64,000 bases of DNA from the NCBI RefSeq assembly GCF_029051885.1, contig NZ_JAIDKI010000037.1, forward strand, positions 2,456 through 66,455, written 5' to 3'. A program made the translations under genes and the position numbers. Below are positions 50,601 through 59,300 of this stretch, in pieces (the stretch's first letter is position 1; each line of letters begins with the position of its first letter). The notes beneath the pieces were generated by a model. It was not told where the DNA came from. It worked only from the letters and a program-made list of their open reading frames with translations, and ran no database searches. Source of the stretch: Muribaculum sp. (GTDB taxonomy: Bacteria; Bacteroidota; Bacteroidia; Bacteroidales; Muribaculaceae).

Positions 50601-51200
50601 ATCAAGCACCTCGGCATTTTCTTTCATCTCGACCGATGCAAGAGCATCGACGTCGGATGCTGCAATCTCACGTGGCACACAGCCAATCATTGAGAAAACA
50701 ATTGTAGCATCAGCCGGTACATTGCCAAGGGTGTATCTACCGTCAATATCGGTAGAACATCCGTTATTTGTGCCCTTTACCATAACAGTAGCACCGATAG
50801 CAGGGTCACCTAAATTATCAAGCACCAATCCGGAGATGGTTTTTCTGCCTTCTTGTGCGGACGAGGGAGATGTCGAGCCACTTTTCTTAGTAATTACAAT
50901 CGAATTGGGCGATACAATCTCATAAGAGAGGTCTCTTCCACGAAACGCCGCATCAAGCACTTTGCTGACAGGCGTATCTTTCATTTTTACCGTGACCCCC
51001 TTCTGCCCATCAATAATAGCCATCCGATAAGAGAAGCGGTAGGTTGTCTGCGACTCAATAGCCTTAAACAGGCTCTTCAGAGTAGAATTCTCGATATTGA
51101 CTGTGACATTCTGGCCGGAAGGAGCTGCGGCACATACGCCTGCGACCATGAAGCACATCAACAAGAGCGAGAATAATCTCGTACGAATAAATTTGTACAT
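47661..51200 (-). CDS. SusC/RagA-family TonB-dependent transporter with N-terminal STN signalling domain
   Basis: 1179 aa. STN-like segment (TLKSLFKAIESQTTYRFSYRMAII...VSKVLDAAFRGRDLSYEI). CarboxypepD_reg-like segment (ISGLVLDNLGDPAIGATVMVKGTNNGCSTDIDGRY). TonB box DEVVVVGYGTQKRANLTG. C-terminal FGVDVKF. Confidence 0.95.
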   Translation of the reverse strand: MYKFIRTRLFSLLLMCFMVAGVCAAAPSGQNVTVNIENSTLKSLFKAIESQTTYRFSYRMAIIDGQKGVTVKMKDTPVSKVLDAAFRGRDLSYEIVSPNSIVITKKSGSTSPSSAQEGRKTISGLVLDNLGDPAIGATVMVKGTNNGCSTDIDGRYTLGNVPADATIVFSMIGCVPREIAASDVDALASVEMKENAEVLDEVVVVGYGTQKRANLTGAVATISADDINNRPVASAANALQGADPSVNLTFNSGSMDAGYSIDIRGAASINGGSPLVLCDGMEVSLGQINPNDIESISVLKDASAAAIYGAKASSGVILITTKSGRDSDGRVNVSYNGRFGWRKNTTSTDFITTGYDHVTIVNKFYRIAQGKDMWGYTGEDLEMLEARRYDKTENPDRPWTVERDGKLYFYANHDWYDYFYRDTRPEQEHNVSITGGNAKTNYYVSGRFLQQDGIFKIYNDKYTNYSFRMKLNAEIFPFLRYSGGANFNYTNYKYAGYWNEQQTIHALQSNINSAVMPLSPDGQTIQYVNTMTGANSPLGAGHAGYLTDNRSRNSRGNKDFVLTNQFDIDIYKDLVITASYAYRYRNRGIERRGVPFNYLDKSGSVKKFTSGTVEDFYQEIKSDINRHSFNLFGTYSHTWERMHNFKAVAGMQYEHQRNTELSVKKTDLLSDDLSSMSVANGVATVTEEISAYKTLGYFARLNYDYDGKYLLEVSGRYDGSSRFAPGSRWGFFPSASAGWRMSQEKFWDGMQGWWNNSKLRVSYGSLGNQQVSNYAYFDKIYTDKILTDYTFDGEQRATYATVSSPLSSNLTWEKVITYNLGLDFGFLNNRLTATADIFVRDTKDMLTHSVTLPSVFGATTPKQNCADLRTRGWELYLRWNDNLRLFGHRLNYSISATFGDYKSKITKFNNPDKLISDYYEGMTLGEIWGYKVDGLFASDEEAAEYQARINDKAVNQRVYNAKTAGDNKLRAGDVKFIDLDGNGKIDEGSGVVGNSGDKRIIGNSIPRYNYSFRLDVNYVGFDVSAFFQGVGKCDWMPVQNSYDFWGPYDFPSLSFIHKDFLSMCWSEDNPDGYFPRQRGYQTYDGGSLSVATDRYLQNAAYLRLKNLTVGYTLPIKKNSWINSVRVYFTGENLAYWSPLKKHTKTVDPEMATSTGTYKSNSGTGYGFSKSFSFGVDVKF

Positions 51201-51376
51201 GTTGTGGTATTAAAGGTTATATAATCAGTTGGATTTCTAATGTCTGTCGACTCCGGAACATATCCGCGCCATTAGATATTTCGTATCAATTTTATGATTG
51301 TCCCTCCGAATTTTTATGTTTAAAAACATATTGCAACTTTTATTAAAAAGCGCTTTGAACCCCACATGCAAACGCT

Positions 51377-51384
51377 TACCTTTG
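51377..51384 (+). promoter_or_regulatory. Candidate -7 box TACCTTTG for the second ECF sigma gene
   Basis: Exact TAnnTTTG match 61 nt upstream of ATG 51445, in the 244-bp divergent intergenic region. Confidence 0.5.
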
Positions 51385-51444
51385 CCAAAAATTATAATGT
51401 AGAAAACAAGCAATATCACACCTATTTCCATAACCATCAACCTC

Positions 51445-52020
51445 ATGCATCATTCTAAAGATGAACAATCACTGGCAGCCGCACTAAGGACAGGGTCGGT
51501 AAAGGCATTCGAGGCCATATATAGGCTCTATGTCGATCGACTGTATGCCTACTGCTTTGATGCAATAAGAATGAAGCAAGAGACCGAAGAGGTTGTACAC
51601 GATGTATTCCTGTCACTATGGAACAATCGCGACAGGATAGATCCGGAAAAAGGCATTGGACCACTAATGTTTTCAATTGCCCGCAAACGTCGTATCGACG
51701 CTTTCCGCAAACTTGTCAACAGTCCCATATACGAAGATTACATCGAACATCAGAATTCTCTCCCGTCATTGGAGCATTCGCCGATGGAGTATGAAGAGTT
51801 TGCCCGAATATTCCGCAAAACACTAAGCAAGATGCCGACAAGAATGCGCTCTATGATAATATGGTCGAAACTCGAAGGAATCAACAATGATGAAATCGCC
51901 TCACGACTCGGAATCTCTGAAAAGACAGTACGCAACCAGCTGTCACTCGCACTCAAAGAACTACACAATCGTTTAAGCCCATATATCGACAACAGCCGAC
52001 GCATTCCGCCCGATATATAG
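51445..52020 (+). CDS. ECF-type RNA polymerase sigma-70 factor
   Basis: 191 aa. Region 2 (LYAYCFDAIRMKQETEEVVHDVFLSLW) and region 4 HTH (NNDEIASRLGISEKTVRNQLSLALKELHNRL). Divergent from SusC at 51200. Confidence 0.9.
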   Translation: MHHSKDEQSLAAALRTGSVKAFEAIYRLYVDRLYAYCFDAIRMKQETEEVVHDVFLSLWNNRDRIDPEKGIGPLMFSIARKRRIDAFRKLVNSPIYEDYIEHQNSLPSLEHSPMEYEEFARIFRKTLSKMPTRMRSMIIWSKLEGINNDEIASRLGISEKTVRNQLSLALKELHNRLSPYIDNSRRIPPDI

Positions 52021-52088
52021 GACCCAAGAAGCACATCCCATAACCATTCAATACATCCCCTCTAATCCCCACCGAACAATATAAATAT

Positions 52089-53081
52089 ATGAAGCAGGCC
52101 AACGATCTCTTCAATAAATTCTACTCAGGCAGAATGTCGCCAAATGAGTTGCAGCGTCTGCGCGAAGAGGTAAATCAAATGAGCGATGACGAAATTGACG
52201 GATATCTCTCTGACTCCATGCCTGACAATATGGAATCAGATTACAGGATAACGTCAGAAAATTCAGAGACACTACTTCGACGACTTACTGCTGAAATAAA
52301 TTTCAAAAACCGCCGCCACCGTATATACATGTGTATTGCTGCCGTTGCCGCAGTAATGCTGCCAATCTTCATCACACTCACAATCGTGCTCGGAATACGG
52401 GTGGCCCAGCTTGACGGCTATCAAAAAGTAATCGCCGATGAACATATCATACGTAGTGGCAACGGTGAAGAATTACTTACCGTATTGCCCGACGGCTCAA
52501 GGGTAAGGATGGCTCCGGAATCGGAAATATGCTATTCATTATCATCGTTCAACGACAAAATTCGAAATGTCGACTGGAAAGGCGAAGGTGAGTTTGAGGT
52601 TGTGCACAATCGACAAAGTCCGTTCGTGGTACATACGGGATACTTCGACATAAAGGTACTTGGCACAATATTCTCGGTAGATGTCCGTCGTGACAACGGC
52701 GATGCAACCGTGTATCTAAAAGAAGGTTCGGTAGAACTGTCAACATCCCAATCCGACTATAGTTGTCGTCTTTCCCCCGGATATCTTGCTACAATCAGCA
52801 GGGTTACAGGTGAAATATCGGTAAAGCGCATCGACGATTTCAACAGCGACATTGGAAGCAGCACACTGACATTTTATGATATTGAGCTGGCCGGGGTGCT
52901 TTCGCGGCTTGAACTGTATTATCCCGAACATTTCGATGCTCCGACCGAAATGGCCTCCCAAAGATTTACCGGCGCTCTTCCAAAAAATAATCTAAACGAA
53001 GCTCTGACTATACTTGCCAAGGCGTATGGTCTGGAGGTGGAGGAGAGCGCGGAGAGGGTGAAACTCGTCAGGAGTGAGTGA
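52089..53081 (+). CDS. FecR-family anti-sigma factor
   Basis: 330 aa with TM helix IYMCIAAVAAVMLPIFITLTIVLGI. FecR domain (LPDGSRVRMAPESEICY...GEGEFEVVHNRQSPFVVHTGYFDIKVLGTIFSV). Confidence 0.9.
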   Translation: MKQANDLFNKFYSGRMSPNELQRLREEVNQMSDDEIDGYLSDSMPDNMESDYRITSENSETLLRRLTAEINFKNRRHRIYMCIAAVAAVMLPIFITLTIVLGIRVAQLDGYQKVIADEHIIRSGNGEELLTVLPDGSRVRMAPESEICYSLSSFNDKIRNVDWKGEGEFEVVHNRQSPFVVHTGYFDIKVLGTIFSVDVRRDNGDATVYLKEGSVELSTSQSDYSCRLSPGYLATISRVTGEISVKRIDDFNSDIGSSTLTFYDIELAGVLSRLELYYPEHFDAPTEMASQRFTGALPKNNLNEALTILAKAYGLEVEESAERVKLVRSE

Positions 53082-53099
53082 TTTCTGACAAATTTTGCG

Positions 53100-53107
53100 T
53101 AACTTTG
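53100..53107 (+). promoter_or_regulatory. Candidate -7 box TAACTTTG for argS
   Basis: Exact TAnnTTTG match 54 nt upstream of ATG 53161. Confidence 0.5.
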
Positions 53108-53160
53108 CGTCCTTAAAATATTTATAAACCAAGAAACATAAACCGCAAAGGATAAAGCAT

Positions 53161-54945
53161 ATGTCGATTGATAGCATCATACAGGAGGCGGTAGCGAGAG
53201 CGGTAGCCTCACTCTATGGCATCGAGGCCGATGCAGCGAGCATCGTGCCCCAGGCAACTCGTAAGGAATTCGAGGGCAACCTCACTATCGTGGTATTCCC
53301 CTGGGTGAAAGCTGCCCGCAAGGCTCCCGAGGCTGTGGGCAAGGAGATTGGCGAGTGGCTCACTGCCAATGAGCCCGCCGTGAAGGGCTACAATGTGGTG
53401 AAGGGTTTTCTCAACATCGTAATCGAGCCTACCTACTTCACCGCCATGCTGCGCCATATGGCTGCCGACAGCGACTTCGGTTTCAAGAAAGCCGACGCCG
53501 ACAGTCCTCTGGCAATGGTCGAGTATTCGTCGCCCAACACCAACAAGCCCCTCCACCTGGGCCATATGCGCAACAATCTGCTCGGCTACAGCCTGTCGCG
53601 CATACTCAGCGCATGCGGCAACCGTGTGGTAAAGACCAACATAGTCAACGACCGAGGCATACACATCTGCAAGTCGATGCTGGCATGGCAGAAGTGGGGC
53701 GAGGGCGTGACTCCCGAGAAGGCCGGAAAGAAGGGCGACCATCTGATCGGCGACTTCTACGTGCTGTTTGACAAGCATTATAAAGAAGAGGTGAAGGCTC
53801 TTGTGGCCGGCGGAATGGGCGAAGAGGAGGCCAAGAATGCCGCGCCCCTGATGCAGGAGGCCCGCGAGATGCTGCGCCGCTGGGAACAGAAGGACCCCGA
53901 GGTGCGCGCGCTGTGGGCGATGATGAACGAGTGGGTATACGCCGGATTCGACGAGACATACAAGCGTCTGGGTGTCGACTTCGACAAGATATATTATGAG
54001 AGCGAAACTTACCTCGAGGGTAAGGACAAGGTGCTCGAAGGTCTGGAGAAGGGTATCATGTATCGCAAGGATGACGGCTCGGTATGGGCCGACCTTACCG
54101 ATGCGGGACTCGACCATAAGCTCCTGCTCCGCTCCGACGGCACATCGGTATACATGACCCAGGATATCGGTACCGCCAAACTGCGCTACCAGGACTTCCC
54201 TATCGACAAGATGATTTACGTCGTGGGCAACGAACAGAACTACCATTTCCAGGTACTGTCGCTGCTGCTCGACCGTCTGGGCTTCAAGTGGGGCAAGGAC
54301 CTTGTGCATTTCTCCTACGGCATGGTCGAGCTCCCCGAGGGCAAGATGAAGAGCCGCGAGGGCACTGTGGTCGACGCCGACGACCTCATGGACGAGATGA
54401 TACAGGGAGCCCGCGAGGTGAGCAACGAGCGTGGCCGCGGCGACATGTCGCCCGAAGAGGCCGAGGAAGTGGCCCGCATCGTGGGCATGGGTGCGCTCAA
54501 ATACTTCCTGCTGAAGGTTGACCCGCGCAAGAATATGACCTTCAACCCCAAGGAGTCGATTGACTTCAACGGCAACACCGGCCCCTTCATACAGTATACC
54601 TACGCGCGCATCCGCTCGGTGCTCCGCAAGGCCGCCGAGGCCGGCATCGCCATCGAGGGATACGACACCGTCGAGCCCAACGAGAAGGAAACTTCGCTCA
54701 TACAGCATCTGGCCGATTTCCCGGCGCTCGTGGCCGAAGCCGGACGCAGCTACTCGCCCGCGCTCGTGGCCAACTATGTCTACGATCTGGTGAAGGAGTA
54801 CAATCAGTTCTACCACGACTGCACCATACTCAACGAGCCCGATACCGCCGTACGTGCCATGCGCCTCGCGCTCAGCGCCCTCACTGCCGACGTGGTGCGC
54901 CGCGGCATGTGGCTCCTCGGCATAGAGGTGCCCGAACGCATGTGA
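53161..54945 (+). CDS. argS: Arginine--tRNA ligase
   Basis: 594 aa. Class I HIGH-type motif in SSPNTNKPLHLGHMRNNLLG. Arg-tRNA synthetase N-domain, then the DALR anticodon-binding C-terminal region ending ...GIEVPERM. The 535-aa ORF opposite is antisense noise. Confidence 0.95.
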   Translation: MSIDSIIQEAVARAVASLYGIEADAASIVPQATRKEFEGNLTIVVFPWVKAARKAPEAVGKEIGEWLTANEPAVKGYNVVKGFLNIVIEPTYFTAMLRHMAADSDFGFKKADADSPLAMVEYSSPNTNKPLHLGHMRNNLLGYSLSRILSACGNRVVKTNIVNDRGIHICKSMLAWQKWGEGVTPEKAGKKGDHLIGDFYVLFDKHYKEEVKALVAGGMGEEEAKNAAPLMQEAREMLRRWEQKDPEVRALWAMMNEWVYAGFDETYKRLGVDFDKIYYESETYLEGKDKVLEGLEKGIMYRKDDGSVWADLTDAGLDHKLLLRSDGTSVYMTQDIGTAKLRYQDFPIDKMIYVVGNEQNYHFQVLSLLLDRLGFKWGKDLVHFSYGMVELPEGKMKSREGTVVDADDLMDEMIQGAREVSNERGRGDMSPEEAEEVARIVGMGALKYFLLKVDPRKNMTFNPKESIDFNGNTGPFIQYTYARIRSVLRKAAEAGIAIEGYDTVEPNEKETSLIQHLADFPALVAEAGRSYSPALVANYVYDLVKEYNQFYHDCTILNEPDTAVRAMRLALSALTADVVRRGMWLLGIEVPERM

Positions 54946-55078
54946 TGCGTTAACATCTTTTAATATTAATCCCTCCTTTATTATTTCAGTCTAAGCGTTA
55001 TAGTGTAATGGGCGCGGCTGATGCCGCCCCGTTACACTGAATCACAAAAACCAAGACTGAATCAACACATTATCTATT

Positions 55079-55783
55079 ATGTATCCTCAGAACTACAACA
55101 ACTACAACCCCAGCCAGGACGCACTCGACATGCGCGTGTCCCACGTGATGCGCAACGTCTACCTCAAGATGTTCCTTGCCCTGCTCGTGACCACAGCCGC
55201 ATCGTTTGCTGTCGGAGCCATCCCCGGGCTCACTTATTTCCTCGCCACACACACCTGGGTATACTGGGGCCTGCTCATCGTTGAGCTGGTGATGGTCTAC
55301 TCCATCTCGGGAGGCGTGAAGCGCATGTCGGGAGGTGTGGCCACCGGCCTGTTCTATCTCTACGCGGTGCTCAACGGCGTGGTGTTCTCGCTGATATTCT
55401 GCGCCTATAGCTTCGACTCCATCTTCAAGACATTCCTTATCACGGCCGGAGTGTTCGGCGCGATGAGCGTCTACGGCTACTTCACGTCCAACGACCTTAC
55501 CAAAATCGGCTCGTTCCTCTACATGGCCCTGTTTGGCATGATTATCTGCATCATAGTCAACATCTTCTGGTCAAACGGCGTGCTCGACTGGATTATATCG
55601 GCCGCAGGCGTGCTGATATTCATCGGCCTTACAGCCTACGACACTCAGAAGGTAAAGGAGTGGGCCCAGTCGGGCGCTATGGCCGACAGCCGCCTCGCCA
55701 CGATAGGAGCCCTGTCGCTATATCTCGACTTCGTCAACCTCTTCCTCTATCTGCTCCGCTTCTTCGGCAGCAGCCGCGACTGA
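55079..55783 (+). CDS. Bax inhibitor-1 / YccA family membrane protein
   Basis: 234 aa. Asn/Tyr-rich cytoplasmic N-terminus, then about 7 TM helices (VYLKMFLALLVTTAASFAV ... ALSLYLDFVNLFLYLLRFF), typical of BI-1/YccA proteins. Confidence 0.85.
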   Translation: MYPQNYNNYNPSQDALDMRVSHVMRNVYLKMFLALLVTTAASFAVGAIPGLTYFLATHTWVYWGLLIVELVMVYSISGGVKRMSGGVATGLFYLYAVLNGVVFSLIFCAYSFDSIFKTFLITAGVFGAMSVYGYFTSNDLTKIGSFLYMALFGMIICIIVNIFWSNGVLDWIISAAGVLIFIGLTAYDTQKVKEWAQSGAMADSRLATIGALSLYLDFVNLFLYLLRFFGSSRD

Positions 55784-55806
55784 TAATACCGCCGCACGGC
55801 ATACAA

Positions 55807-55844
55807 AGTCCCTCCGATTTCCCGGAGGGACTTTCTTTTTGTTT
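55807..55844 (+). terminator. Rho-independent terminator after the BI-1 gene
   Basis: AGTCCCTCCG (55807-55816) pairs with CGGAGGGACT (55823-55832), followed by TTCTTTTTGTTT. Confidence 0.9.
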
Positions 55845-56163
55845 CAATTTGTTACCGAATATTATCATGCTACGGAAAATCACAACATTATAACATATTT
55901 TTAACCCTCGGAAAACACGCTGATTACATCTTTATCTACATTATTTAAACAATTTTAAAATAAGCCCATATCATATACTACTCGCTATATATCAGCCAAT
56001 TACATATTGCATGGCTGTTGCCATGCAATGCCGGAGTCTCCGGCAGAGACTGTCATCTGCATTAATTCTTACAAAATGACACACAAGTAGCGCTCATAAT
56101 GGCACAATGACTTTTTAACTTTAAATTTAACGCACAATGTTTTGATTTATAAAACAAATCGCA

Positions 56164-56171
56164 TACCTTTG
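56164..56171 (+). promoter_or_regulatory. Candidate -7 box TACCTTTG for the third SusC/SusD operon (about 195-nt leader)
   Basis: Exact TAnnTTTG match 201 nt upstream of ATG 56372. A CAATCAG/CTGATTG hairpin lies at 56178-56206 at the start of the leader. Confidence 0.45.
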
Positions 56172-56371
56172 TAAGTCCAATCAGCAAAATACAATCTTTC
56201 TGATTGCCTTAGACCATGATTCAGCGCATGTCGTTTTGCTATGTCGGCGGCGCATGAGAAAGTCTATCAACGCACATCGCCGGGTTATTATTTAGTGCGA
56301 CCGCCCGGAGAATCGTGCTATATGTTAATTGTGAGTCGCGCCTAAAGATTATTATTATTACATTCAATTCT

Positions 56372-59300
56372 ATGGAGAAAAGAATTATGCTGTTATTGGT
56401 GACACTGTGCGCATGCATCGGCATGTGGGCCCAGGTCCGTGTAACAGGTGTTGTTTATTCCGCAGAAGATGATGAGCCTCTGATTGGCGCCACGGTAGCG
56501 GTTAAAGGCAAGGCTGCCATCGCCACTTCTACCGACCTCGACGGAAACTTCACGCTCAGCGTGCCGTCGGCCGGCTCCACGCTCGTGGTGACATACGTGG
56601 GTATGAAGCCTACCGAGGTTAAGGCATCATCTTCACCCCTCAAAATCAAGCTCGAAAGCAATGCGCAGCAGCTCGGTGAGGTAGTGGTTACAGGTATGTC
56701 TAAGATGGACAAACGATTATTCACCGGCGCGACTACCAAAATTGACGCAGAGGATGCCCGCCTCTCCGGTGTTAGCGATATTTCCCGTTCTCTCGAAGGC
56801 CGTGCAGCCGGTGTGTCGGTGCAGAACGTATCAGGCACATTCGGTACCGCTCCCAAAATCCGTGTGCGCGGTGCCACATCAATCTACGGTAACTCCAAGC
56901 CACTCTGGGTGGTCGACGGTGTCGTACTCGAAGATGCCGTAGAGGTATCGGCCGACGACCTCTCGTCGGGCGACGCAACAACCCTTATTTCATCAGCTAT
57001 CGCAGGCCTCAACGCCGACGACATCGAGTCGTTCCAGATTCTCAAGGACGGTTCCGCCACATCTATATATGGTGCGCGCGCGATGGCAGGTGTGATTGTC
57101 GTTACCACAAAGAAAGGTAAAGCCGGCACAACTACCCTCAACTACACCGGCGAGTTCACATACCGCATGAAGCCCCGCTACGGCGACTTCAACATCATGA
57201 ACTCGCAGGAGCAGATGGGCGTATACAAGGAAATGCTCGAAAAGGGATGGCTCGAACTCTCGTCGCTCACCAAGGCATCAGAGTCCGGTGTGTTCGGCAA
57301 GATGTACCAGCTCATCAACAAATACGACCCCGCTACAGGCTCGTTCGGCCTGCCCAACACCCAGGAGGCTCAGTACAACTACCTCCGTCAGGCCGAGTTC
57401 CGCAACACCGACTGGTTCGACGAACTGTTCCAGAACAACATCATGCAGAACCACGCCGTAAGCATGTCGGGCGGTACCGACAAAGGTCGCTTCTACTCTT
57501 CTATCTCGGTAATGAACGACCCGGGATGGACCATCTCGTCGAAAGTACAGCGCTACACATTCAACGGTAACGCATCCTACGACCTCTCACCCACCGTACG
57601 CGTAAGCCTCCTCACCTCCGACAGCTACCGTAAGCAGACCGCTCCCGGTACACTCTCGCAGGAGACCGACGTTGTGTCCGGACAGGTAAAGCGCGGATTC
57701 GACATCAACCCCTACAGCTACGCCCTCAACACTTCCCGTACGCTTGACGCCGACGAATACTACACCCGCAACTATGCATCCTTCAACATCAAGGACGAGC
57801 TCGAAAACAACTACATCGAGCTGGGCGTGACCGACCTCAAGTTCCAGGGCGAGCTCAACTGGCGTCCCTTCCAGGGCCTCGACCTCACTGCCCTCGGTTC
57901 ATACCGTTACCAGCGCTCAACTTCCGAGCACTTCGTAAAGGACAACTCCAACCAGGCCAACGCATACCGCGCAGGTATCATCCCCGAGGATGCCACCATC
58001 CGCGACGCCAACAAGTACCTCTATACCAACCCCGACGATCCCAACGCACTCCCCGAGACAATCCTCCCCCAGGGTGGTATATACTTCAACAACGCTTACT
58101 CTATCTCGCAGCTCGACTTCCGATTCAACGCTCAGTACAACACTACCATCAACCGCGACCACATCATCAACGCCATGGTAGGTACCGAAGTAGCCAAGAC
58201 CGACCGCAACGCCGTGTCGTTCCAGGGATGGGGATTCTGCTACGAAAACGGTAACATCCCCTTCGTCGACTACAACCTCTTCAAGCAGCAGGTAGAGGAA
58301 GGCTCCACCTACTACTCCAACCAGTGGACCTACCGCCGCAGCGCCGCTTTCTTCGGCACAGCCACATACTCCTACGCCGCACGCTACATCATCACCGGTA
58401 CAGCCCGCTACGAAGGCACCAACAAGCTCGGTAAGGCCCGCAAATCACGCTGGCTCCCCACCTGGAACGTGTCAGGCGCATGGAACGCCCACGAAGAGCC
58501 CTTCTGGGAAGCTCTCATGCCTACTATCAGCCACGCCACTCTCAAGGGCTCCTACTCGCTGACAGCCGATTCAGGCCCCGACTACGTGTCCAACGCCACC
58601 GCCATCTTCAACCCCTACAACCCCTGGCGCCCGAGCAGCTCCGTAAAGGAACTCGGTATCGAGCTTGAGTCTATCGCCAACGGCGAGCTCACCTACGAGA
58701 AGAAGCACGAGCTCAACATCGGTGTAGACCTCGGATTCTTCAACAACCGCGTCAACTTCGTCTTCGACTGGTACCGCCGTAACAACTACGACCTCATCGG
58801 CACCATCTTCACCCAGGGTGTCGGCGGTGAGAACCAGAAGTATGGCAACGTTGCCGAAATGGCATCTCACGGCGTCGAGTTCACCGTATCGACACGCAAC
58901 TTCCAGGGCCGCGACTTCTCCTGGTCGACCGACCTCACATTCGCCTACGCCAAAAACAAGATTACCAACCTCGACGCTCAGTCGCGTGTAATCGACCTCA
59001 TCACCGGCAACGGCTACCCGATGGAAGGCTACCCCGTGCGTGCCCTCTTCTCCATCCCCTTCATGGGTCTTAACGACGAGGGTCTCCCCACCTTCATCAA
59101 CGAAAACGGCGAGCTCACCACCTCCGACTTCAACTTCCAGGAGTTCGAGAAGATGGACCACCTCGTATACGAAGGTCCCACCGACCCCACAATCACCGGC
59201 GGTTTCGGCAACGTGTTCCGCTGGCGCAACTGGCATGCCAACGTGTTTATCACCTACTCGTTCGGCAACAAGATTCGCCTCGACCCCGTATTCGCCGAAT

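Noticed and set aside
51237-51446. 69-aa minus-strand ORF (ATG start, hydrophobic N-terminus MRLMVMEIGVILLVFYIIIFG) filling the entire AT-rich divergent region between SusC and the ECF sigma gene
   Set aside because: An open frame of this length in AT-rich DNA is statistically a little surprising, and it could encode a small membrane protein. However, its start codon overlaps the sigma gene start on the other strand, so its promoter would have to lie inside the sigma gene. It also covers the sigma promoter motif and has no recognisable family features. I treat it as probably non-coding. Ribosome profiling or conservation analysis could revive it.
53209-54816. 535-aa minus-strand ORF opposite argS
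   Set aside because: It mirrors an unambiguous arginyl-tRNA synthetase gene. The composition (Val/Gly/His/Ala-rich, no motifs) is typical of antisense artefacts.
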